Shown one piece after another: positions 13,901-23,685 of a DNA stretch of 47,423 bases. Position 1 is the stretch's first letter; each line of letters begins with the position of its first letter. The stretch spans positions 868,001 through 915,423 of the forward strand of contig JBDOQK010000005.1 of assembly GCA_040437565.1 (NCBI GenBank), given 5' to 3'. Source of the stretch: Albugo candida. Its lineage: Eukaryota. Below the pieces are notes generated by a model. That model was not told the origin of the DNA, ran no database searches, and saw nothing but the letters and a program-made list of their open reading frames with translations. Position numbers and translations under genes: made by a program.

Positions 13901-14350
13901 ATATGACTTTCACACAATCAAGTCTGATATAGGTACGAACGTAGATAATTGAGCCTTATGTCAACCACTTTCTCTGTGTAGCAGCGTGGGTCCTAATATA
14001 GAGAGTGAGATAACTTAACCTGCGAATCTAGTAGCGAAGTACACCGTGAGATAGTCGACATGAATAGCTATAGTTCCAGGAGCCGGGATTGTTATCGCTG
14101 CAGTACGCCCTTTATCGAGGTTGTCATAAATGGTGGCAGGAACAACTATCTCACACACAAATTCCAATGAGAATGCGCTGTAGAAAAAAGTATTGAATCA
14201 CTTACAAGGATAGAGCTCTGTCATTGTAGCATTGGAAAGCTTCTGCGATGGAAAGTGCTGTAATTGCGCCACACTTAACAGCGCTGGGAGTCGTAGCATC
14301 AGCAATATGATCATCAAGATCATCATAGGCTTGAGGGAAAACTTTTTCAT
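1..14350 (-). CDS. Giant multidomain cadherin-repeat surface protein (probably the 5' part of an oomycete Nonagonal-type cadherin); 3' end lies outside the window
   Basis: ORFs 11040-13913 and 2285-10945 overlap through an assembly duplication (9380-11062 = 11163-12845) and collapse to one frame of >3200 aa. About 10 cadherin repeats with LDYE/xNYE, AxDxG and DxNExP motifs at ~3100-6240. Fibrinogen-related domain (QRR..SFNRKWTEYREGFG..WWIGNE..FSTPDADND..GFWYNDC) at ~8170-8840. Cys-rich CPAGxYC repeats at ~7460-8165. PAN-like modules at ~10135-10520 and ~2830-2990. LamG-like FTVDGWI..WYHIATTF at ~2426-2700. Candidate first exon from ATG 14350 reads MKKFSLKPMMILMIILLMLRLPALLSVAQ (signal-peptide-like); splicing between 14206 and 13913 is not resolved. 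Confidence 0.9.
9380..12845. repeat. Duplication across a 100-N gap (9380-11062 = 11163-12845); contig-overlap artefact
   Basis: Offset 1783; identical translations (ORFs 10146 and 11929); gap at 11063-11162. Confidence 0.9.
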
Positions 14351-15014
14351 TCTGCTGGAAATAAAGATGACACGATAAAATCTATCAAAGGTCTAATCCG
14401 ACAAAATCAGAGAAAATGTCGAGCCTGTAGAGTGATCAAAATAAGGTTGACCGCCTGAAGAGGCTCGCATGGATCGTCGTATCTTTAGCTCGATGTGAGC
14501 CACATTATTTAGCCACATATTACTTACTAGGATTTCTGTATCAGGTATGGCCCTAACCCGGAACCAGTTCTCATCCATTACAGTATCTGGTTCGAAGGAA
14601 GAACGAGGTTAACAAGCGAGCCGTCTGAGTTACTGTAAAGTAGAAGGTGTACAGATGATCTGCATGCCCTAACCATGGTTACTTTTCATACTTGACGATG
14701 ACGCACGCCTTTGACCGAAGAGTGCTACTAAAATGTCGATAGTCAGAAGCAGATAACACTTGGGCATTTAAGATCTACTCGAGTTTGTGGTTTCGGCCGC
14801 GCCTTTTCCTTGGTATGACTTCTTTCTGCTACATTTATATTTACCATCCGGAGAGAATAGAACACGTATGTTTCTATTACCTCATTTTTACGGACGGCAG
14901 GGAGAAAAAGCCGGGTGTCCCACGCTCCGGAGTAATGTAGCCAGTTGCTGCGGGATAGGTACCCCACTGACGACAAGAATTGATTCAGTGTTGATTTTTC
15001 TTCGAACAGTAAAC

Positions 15015-15527
15015 ATGAAAACCATCGGACCCATAGTGATATCCACCGCTCTATTTTTTGAGTACAATGCTGCTCATAAGCAATACTGCGACAAACTACC
15101 GAATTGCGCGCTTTTTTTGAAGAACAATACGGGTGGGCTTGGGCATATCAGCAGCTCAGGTGGCGGGCCTCGAAATCAATTTGGTTTAGACTTCCAAAAG
15201 GCTGATTACAAATGGACCTTGGAATTATGTAAAATGGATTCTGATAACGATACGGTGACCAACGGCTGCGAGCTCGGCGATTGTTGCTGCAATGGCGTAG
15301 GTAAGGAAGAGAGAATGACTGATCTTTCGGCACCCGGCAACGCAAGTTCGAAGCCTCTTCTTTCCTACGATCTCTCGAAATGTAAAACTACTTCGTCAGC
15401 AGACACGACCAGCCCTACCAGCACTGCTGACAATACCAAGAGTGCAGCTGGTCATTCTCACATGCCGACCGCATATGTGGGATGCATCAGTGCGATCTTG
15501 ACCATGGTTTATATCCACTTGTTCTAG
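15015..15527 (+). CDS. Secreted temptin-like Cys-rich protein with Ser/Thr stalk and probable GPI-anchor signal (170 aa)
   Basis: From ATG 15015: hydrophobic N-terminus MKTIGPIVISTALFFEYNAA; temptin-type motif LPN..GLGH..GGGPRNQFGLDF..WTLELCKMDSDND..TNG.ELGD.CC; TTSSADTTSPTST linker; hydrophobic C-terminus AYVGCISAILTMVYIHLF. Confidence 0.8.
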   Translation: MKTIGPIVISTALFFEYNAAHKQYCDKLPNCALFLKNNTGGLGHISSSGGGPRNQFGLDFQKADYKWTLELCKMDSDNDTVTNGCELGDCCCNGVGKEERMTDLSAPGNASSKPLLSYDLSKCKTTSSADTTSPTSTADNTKSAAGHSHMPTAYVGCISAILTMVYIHLF

Positions 15528-15607
15528 ATACTCGTATCAATGTTTTTGTAACTTCAAAATCATGTCTTGCTTGTACTTCGATTGTATAGTTTCTGATCTT
15601 GGTCCAT

Positions 15608-17224
15608 TTATTCCATCTGCAGTAGTTTTGCTCCGGGATTACTCGTCGGAGACTCAATAAATCTTAAAAACGCATTGAGAATTCGTTTCCGGAGGCCTTC
15701 TAGTGATTGTATAGATCGACCTCGTGTTAATAAATCCGTCTCGCGGTCTATCAAAGCCAATAGCTCAGTTGATAGAGCACATTCAAACTCCTGGACTGTC
15801 TGTTTTACTTGCTTCAGAATCTCCACTCGACTGTTTAATGGCACGTGATGAACTCGCAACGCATCATATAAGTGCAGCAATTCTTTTGCCCGAATCGTAA
15901 AAGGTGTCTCTACTTCTTTAACGTTTCCGTCACTCATTTGCCATCGTTTTGAGCGAGCCATGAATTTCAGCATGTCCGCTATTCGTTCTTTCCGGTTTCC
16001 ATGCGCAGCCGACATTTTTAGTCTTTCAATTGTCCGTAACAAATAAGTTTCCTTCTCGGAGAGCTGTTCGATTTCTTTTCTCAGCTCAGACTCCGTCTTG
16101 AGCGTAGCATTACTGCGCAATTGCATGGTTTCATTCTGTCGCCATCTATGAAGCTCATTATATAGAATTTCAAAGTCATTCGCTGTTCTTGGGTGCATTC
16201 GGCGATGCATTCCACGTTTATGATGGCGGATTTGAAGATCATTCGAATTGACTACTCGTAGAAGCGTACTCTCATTATGGTCTTTTCGCCGAGATATTTT
16301 TTCCTGCAGTGTTTTCCTTGCCACATAACCTCGATAAAAACGTTGGATCAAACTAGCCGCTGCCATCCAAATGACTCTCAGTTGGATCGAGCTAAGGTAA
16401 GACCTTGGAACGATTGTTCGATCATTTCTTGAAGATAAGAACAGACCAGTGCGCTCAATTTGAGTTCCTGACTCTCTGAAAGTTTGCTGAGAACATGTAA
16501 TCAGCTCCTGTGTTTGTGTCTCGTGCTGTACCCTAGATTTTCTTCTTCCGTATCTCGTATTACTTGGAACTGTCTGCACCAATGTTCAGTAAAAAACACT
16601 AGTCATACTCATGGAGATAGAGCACCTGAGTCGCGGCATGGTGAAACACTTGCTCAGTCTTCACATGACGAAAACCGCCAAGATATTTCTTTTCTTCTTT
16701 CAAATTTAAGTTGGCTTCGTGGTCCGTAATGCTCGATGCTACAAAATTGCAGCACTGGTAAGAAACTGAGTAAAAAGGATACTGGGTCATAGGTCACACG
16801 CAAGAAGATTCTTACCTGCGTCCGTATCAGACCTCTTGCGAACACAAACACGTAGGATTTTTTCATTGTCACTATTTGGGAAGTGTATTGACGCTAATGT
16901 TTGTTCATTTACGGAGATGTCGAGCTGAATCGTAGGAAATATCAGTGACTCTTGTTCAAGTCTCAGATCGCTACTAATCAATGCTTTTAGTTCTCCAATT
17001 GACGTTTGCGGGGTTACTGCAACTTTATGGCGGACATTCTCTTCCTCAAAAAGAAGTGTTAATTCAAACTCTGAACATCTTACGAATCCAGTCGTCGATG
17101 TCGGGAGACTTTGTACTGAAACATCTAAAACAAACAGAAAAGGAGACGTGGTACCATATTCCTGAACAAAGGAATGAACCTGTCCGTTGCGAGTCTTCTT
17201 CTTGCCTATCCACTGTCTTTTCAT
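15608..17224 (-). CDS. IQUB: IQ motif and ubiquitin-like domain protein (flagellar radial-spoke component, IQUB/FAP253 family)
   Basis: Ubiquitin-like segment (VTPQTSIGELKALISSDL) in ORF 16787-17224; KKYLGGFRH..FHHAATQT motif; IQ motif IQRFYRGYVARK; RRMHPRT.DFEILYNEL and C-terminal L.GLRKRI..FLRFIE.P..NP motifs. GT-AG introns at 16766-16815 and 16574-16625 keep the frame. Start codon uncertain. Confidence 0.88.
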
Positions 17225-17946
17225 AGGAATAGCTATGCATTAATCGAGTCTCTGCGCTGACAGAGGTGAACGGACGTTCAAACGGCTAGTGGTACAATTT
17301 AAGGCGCAAAATGATTGTATGTCGAATCCTCAAGATTCATGCTAAGCGGGCTGAGTTTTTTTAGTTTATACGAGGGAGGCCCCTCATAAGGTGAACATCT
17401 GTGCTCACCTGAGCCATTTTATCAACTTTTTGACAATGACAGGTATTGGCTGGAAAGCCTCGCTTGCTTCAGATCAACTTTCCTCTTTTTTTCGTATCGA
17501 TATCATCCAACGTATTTGGACTGGCATGCTGCCAGATGGGGCAATTCTCATCAATCATACACGACACAATTTAAGTACTGATGCTTTTCCTATATCTGAA
17601 AAGGAGCGCCACCGTCAAGAAAGCAATAGGCACAGACACAGCAGCAAAATTGAGACGCATGTAGCTTCTTTGATGGACTTTTCGCAGTGCATATATTTCG
17701 TCGTTGGTATTACTTGTGGAGACCGACGCAACCTGTCTAAACAGTACTGAACGATAAGATGGATACAAGGCTTACTTCTGTAAGCTTCCGAAGAAAAAAA
17801 GCTGCCCAGTGATTTTTTTCCTGAATATCGCTTCCTCATTACAGAATAGAGGCTCTTGGGATCAATTCTACTCAAAGGCAGCCTAGTGGTATTGTATGAT
17901 TGCCATTCTGATGCTGTACGCATTGCTGCCAGATTGGACACTCTTA

Positions 17947-19763
17947 CTACAGCAAACAACACACAATTATGTCCTGATATGTACTCAGAACTGTACGCAA
18001 TTCGCTTCTGGATATGTTTTCTCGCCACATGATCTCTTCGAAATGATGTTGCCCGTTAAAGTATATGCACAAGCGTTTGAACAGCGCGAAGACAGAATTT
18101 GTGGTAGCGATTGTTTCGAGATACTGCTGTCGTAATCTTAGATTTTTTGGGCAGTTTTGACCTTCCTCTAGCTGTACTCTCGATCGGTGTAATTCTTTTT
18201 CAGGCTGCCGATTCGCTCCATCCGCATCGCTTTTGCCCTCCTTCCAAGATCCGGCCATATTTTTGGTATTAGGTGGTACGATGAAATAGACATAACGGTG
18301 TAGTTGCGCGATAAGGTTGTGTTGCAGTAGCCAAATCTATATCAAGAAAGCAGCGCTTAGTCGAAAGACAACATCAGCATGCTTGGAATTGAATTTACCA
18401 GCATCATGACGTGTTCCGATTTTTGTGCTGGTGACAAATTCTTCATACTTTCTCCCAATCGACGACACCCTGTGAAACTTGCAAGAACTGCATAGAAGTT
18501 TTGCCTTGAGAATCGCTTCCGGAACTGTAGCCCCAGTGTCCTACTAGATAGTAGACCATCATCGGAACGGACTTTGTAAACATTGTGTAGTGTGATAGTG
18601 TCCACTATCTTGGCGTGATTCCAATGAACAAGATGCGCACTGAGCCGATAGAGTTGCGATTGCGTGAGAGACGTTTCTGTCGATAGCTCTCGGAAATTTT
18701 TTAATGGGTTAGCTGCTTCCACAAGAGTTCTGATCTGCTGCGTTGCGTCCACTGGTAGAGAGTCTAAAACATCATTTCTTTCACGAAGCAGAAGCAACGT
18801 GTGGTATGGCCGGAATTGTGTCATGTCTAACTTTCCAACACTGCTCAAGGTGACAGAGACATTGACCCAGTCATTCACTCTTAAATGGCAAAAGCCCAAT
18901 TCTTTGAGTTCGTGATACACTCTTTTCAAATCATTCGCTAGTGTACTTTTGCACAGAGATAAATCAACAAACGTTTGTAAATCAAAAACGTCTGCAGAAA
19001 CAGCGCTATCGCCTTGATAAACCCGGTGGCTGGTGGTGCTTAAATTATTTACCGGACCTGTGTTGATGTTCGATTTCAATCGCCTCTGCTGGATCAGATC
19101 ATCACGTAGCATCAATAGGGTTCGCACTTGATGAGAAACAAAACTCGTTCGCACTTCCTCATGTAATAAAGCCTCCGTAATCTGTTGCACAGTACTTTGA
19201 AGCTGCGCTATAGCGCAGCTATCGCGATCGTTGATAGTCATCTTCTTTGATGTGTTTTCTTCCATTGCAAATACTAGATTAAACATTCTTGTTTCGCTCT
19301 TATTATTTTCAAACACTTTCGAAGTCAAACCCACATCGTCGACTGATAATGCATTGAGACATCCGCCTATTTTGTTGCTCAAGCACTTGGACGTCGGTGA
19401 ACTTCCTCGATCTCCGCTTGATGGCCCGAACGAATGTTGGAAATGAGATTCTTCACACTCAGAACTCCCATGCGATTCAATCTGTTTGATTACTTGAACC
19501 GGATAACTAATGAACCGAACGTTATCAATAGTGAGCTCGAAACATTGACCACAGAGATTGTTCTTCGGTCGGAATAATTTTGCAAACAAGGATGCACTCA
19601 GGCTGTGAAACGCGGAGATGCCGCTTTTGCGTTTATTGCAAAATTCAGTTTCTGATATGTTTTTTTCATAAAAATGCTCGAATGAAACAGGATACCTGAA
19701 TGCTAGATTGCAGCCTTTGTGAATGTCGTCGACGACGAGAGCGATACCAGTTAGATTCTCCAT
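17947..19763 (-). CDS. NPRL3: GATOR1 complex subunit NPRL3/Npr3
   Basis: N-terminal longin-like GCNLAFRYP and LF.PK..LC.Q.FELTID.VRFISYP; RPYHTLLL; LSAHLVHW..AKI; C-terminal LFKRLC.YFNG.HHFEEIMWRENISRSEL. Phase-0 intron 18337-18398 joins ..HVMML to IWLLQHNLIAQLHRYVYF. Confidence 0.92.
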
Positions 19764-20050
19764 GTTGAAAATACAAAATATATTACAGATTTATACAGTC
19801 ATACTCTCTTTGATCCCAGTTTGGATCGAAGCGCGTCAGCGATCCCGCCAGAACGTTTGGAATAGAGTTCCATGGTTCAAGGTGCAATGCTCAAGATCAG
19901 GTCAATAAATGATGAAATATGTATTGAGAGAAAGTGACGTCACCCCCATGTTTGGCTGGCAAGGACGGTTAGATACCAAGCAGCTGATGATCTTTCAGAC
20001 GGACGTTTGATGTCAAAGGTCATTTGGTGAATCCTATTCGACCGTTGAAA

Positions 20051-21999
20051 ATGAAGCTGTGCGAAGAAGAACCTAATCTATGCAGACCGTCAAATGGTGT
20101 AGAAGTCCCACCATCTACCATAAATTCACTTGACAATGAGTGCCATTCACCAGAGCCTGCAACCAAAGCCATCGCGTCGAAAGAAAAAAAAAAGAAATGT
20201 CACGAAGTCCCAAAACGCTTTCAGCTGGAAGACTTTACTCGTTTTTCTCAATGTCATCTTTGGAAACTCATGACGGCTTTTTACGATTGTCAAGGTGTCG
20301 CATCCTGGGCAGAAGGAATTGTCCCACATTTCATCACTTCGAACTCCTTTATTGCAAAGCGATATGCCCGACTTTTGTCGGCCTACTTTGCTGATGCAAG
20401 TAAAGAAATCGTAATGCTCATATGTACCTTATTCAACATGAGCGTGCACACGACAATAACGTTCGAATTTTGATGTTCCTGTAGCTGGATAGAGAAAAGC
20501 CTTTATACATCGTGGAGCTCGGAGCAGGATCTGGGAAGTTTAGCTTCTATCTTTTGCAAACGCTATCAGAAATGGAGGTGACGCTAATCCTTGAGCACAT
20601 CTACCACTAAGCACTCACTTCGGATCGTTAGGAATGTCTAGACTTTCCTCTAAACAAAATTCGGTATGTTATGACGGATTTTACTGAGAAGAATGTCGAG
20701 TACTGGAGTGCGCATGTAGCTTTTCAACCTTTTGTGTCCCGAGGCTTGGTAGATTTTGCTATTTTTGATGCCACGAAAGACACTCAGCTTGAATTACGTG
20801 TCTCTCGTACGACTTTGAAGCCGGGAGAATTAGCCAACCCGATTTGTATCATAGCAAATTATCTTTTCGATACTCTTCATCATGACCTGTTTCAGATCGA
20901 CCAGAGATGTATAAAGGAAGGTCTGATCAGTGTTGGGTCAAGCAGAGAAATAGAACCCAATCCTTTAGATCCTGAAATAATAACCCGACTCGACAACCAT
21001 TTCAAGTATGAAGTAGCTCATCCGAATGCCTCCGAGAAAGATATATCAAGTGCTATAATGGAATGGTACCTCCAATATTTCATCTCCAAATCATGTTCCG
21101 CTACGATATTAGTTCCTATTGGTGCGCTGCATGTTTTGGAACGTTTGAGCGCTTTATCATCAGGAAAAGCACTGATACTCTCGGCTGATAAGGGTTCAAC
21201 TTCTCCAGACCATTTCTGCGGTCTTAATGATCCTCACATTGCGATTCATGGAAGTTTCTCCGTCATGGTCAACTATCACGCAATCGGTGTCTATGCGGCG
21301 CTCTGCGGTGGGTTTGCTATTCATTCACCCCAAGAGGAAGCGAGTCTCACAGTCTCCATGTTTATTCTCCCGGAGCGGGCCTGTGACTCAAAATTAGATT
21401 GCACAAGTATTCTCAGCGAGGAACTCGATCGTTTATATGCGCAAAGGCTCGTTGCATTTCCCAAGCTTAAAGCGGCATTTAATGATTGGATCACCGCATT
21501 TGGCCCAAATGATTTTTTTGTCATGCAAAAAGCATTAAAAGAAGAAGTCAACCTCCGCTCAATAAAAAGTGTTCTAGCCCTGCTAAAATTATCAAATTGG
21601 GACCCTGATGTGTTCTACAAATATCGGGATGTGTTGCTAGAATCAACACCGTCTAGTTCTTCGAAGTTGAAAAAAGATATACGAACTGGAATTGCACAAA
21701 TATGGAGGAAGTATTATGCTTTAGACAAAGAAAAAGACATTGCGTTTGAATTAGGACGTTTATGCTACGGAATGCAAGACTATGATCTTGCTCTTGACTT
21801 TTACCGCGAATCCATACAAGAACTGGGCAAGCACCACGTAACGAGCCACAATATGGGTTTATGCTATTACAATAAACACCAGCTTGATTCAGCGGTAGAG
21901 CGGTTCGCTGAAGCTCATGAACTCAATACATCTTATCAAAAGGCTATCACCTGGCTGCAACGAGTTCGGAAGGAGCAAATTGCTGTGCACGACAGCTAA
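20051..21999 (+). CDS. Class I SAM-dependent methyltransferase (MidA/NDUFAF7-like fold) with C-terminal TPR repeats
   Basis: Exons 20051-20410, 20485-20577 and 20632-21999, joined by phase-0 GT-AG introns. Motif I YIVELGAGSGKF; YVMTDFTEKN; IIANYLFDTLHHD; LILSADKG; TPR-like IAFELGRLCYGMQDYDLALDFY and HNMGLCYYNKHQLDSAVERF. Confidence 0.8.
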
Positions 22000-22313
22000 C
22001 TTTGCGATTTCAACTCTCCAGATCGTTCAGAAGAAGAAAACTCAAGTCTTTGTTGCTGTCGAAATTTTTTATATAAACCCTACATGCATCAGAATTAAAT
22101 GACACGGACATAGAAAGAGAAAATACCGAAGACATCATAAAGCATATATCGCTCTTATGGCGTTCTTAGGTTCAAGCTTGTTTTTCGTGTTAACGGATGT
22201 GAGAGAACAAGAGAAGTAGACGACGGAGCTACCTATCTCGCATATCGATCACGACACTCTAAAACTCCAAAATTGGTGGAGCTACACATTTCTCGAACTT
22301 CATTGTTCTATTC

Positions 22314-23685
22314 TTATCTGGACTCAATGGATCGAATATCACCGGTGATTTGCCATGCAACCATTTTACGATCATTACCAACCGAGAATAGCGTGTTGTG
22401 AGGACCTGAAATTATACGACGTACTGCGTCTTGATGTCCATAATTGGCGCTTGTAGAGAGTGTCGCTTTGTAAGCAAATGTTGGTAGCTCTTTAATTGTA
22501 ATAGAACCATCCTAATATCAAACGTCACTATGTGGAAAAACATAGATAGCTGAGGATAACTTACAGTAGTCCCGATGAATAAGATAGGCTGAGCAATAGC
22601 ATCTTGTGCACCACAAATGGCTGTTACTTGGCAAGATTGAGTTTCTTTGAAAACCTGTTGGAATGGAGGGCTCAAATTCCAAACGATCACTTCTGAATCA
22701 AGTCCCGCGCTAATTAAAAAACTTTCACTTTGGTTTGCCCATAGCTCAAGATCCATGACAGCATCCCTATGTCCACCTTCCTCTAATGAAAGTACTTTGA
22801 TGCATTGATAAGTCGCCAGATCCCAAAGCCGAATGGTAGAATCAACTGATGCGGAGGCTAGTCTAATCAGTGATACAAAATTGTCAAAACACCATTACTT
22901 AGATACTCTAGCAGTGCTTACACTGGCATGGTGCTAATAACCGTAGTTTTGAGACGTGTTACACCTCTTGTATGACCTTCGAGTATGCCACTGCAACGAA
23001 ACACATTTGTCGCAGGATCAAGCTTCCAGTACTTAATTGACCCGTCTGCACTACCACTGAATAATGTAGCACCTCCAGATGAATCGGTCGCAACTGCGAG
23101 AGATAGAACATTCATTGTGTGTGCATGATTTGCACTCTCGTTGGTGTGAAATTCGAAAGGAGGCATTTGAGGCATTTCGAGGTTCCAAGCTCGAATCATT
23201 CCCACCGATAGAGATGGATTGTATTGGTATGTGCTTTCAAAACCGGCAAACAGAAAAGGACCTTCCAGTACCATCGATACAACACCTTCCGATTTCTGCG
23301 AAGATTTTTTACCGATTACTACTCCATTCGATGATGGTAGCACGTTAAGTGTGCTGATCTCATTCCATGAAGCGCAATCCCATAATTTGACACACGAGTC
23401 GGCACCACACGTGAAAACTTGTTGACGTGAATTCCATAAGACAACGTCTTTAACGGGTCCACTATGACCGCGTGTTTCACCAATCTTCTTCAGCAAGTGG
23501 GGATAGCGACATGGTCGTCCATTGATTTGTTCAAAATCACAGCCACCGAGTATAAATCGACGACATATTTCACTACCTTTCTTACAAGAGCTAGACGTGA
23601 TACCTCTTCCACCATCGCGATTCCCAAAATTTCCTCGGTTACGCCCGCGTCCTCCGCCGGACCGATTATTACGATGGTAGCTCAT
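22314..23685 (-). CDS. CCCH zinc-finger + WD40-repeat protein (ZFWD-like) with RGG-rich N-terminus
   Basis: RGG-rich start; C-x7-C-x8-C-x3-H (CRRFILGGCDFEQINGRPCRYPH); WD repeats (GHSGPV..VKLWD, SGSADGSIKYWK, SASVDSTIRLWD, SAGLDSEVIVWN, GHQDAVR..MVAWQ). Introns 22863-22921 and 22512-22564 keep the frame; stop at 22314-22316. Confidence 0.85.

Noticed and set aside
14787-15014. 76-aa N-terminal extension of the temptin-like ORF from a GTG start
   Set aside because: Eukaryotic gene; the signal peptide begins at ATG 15015.
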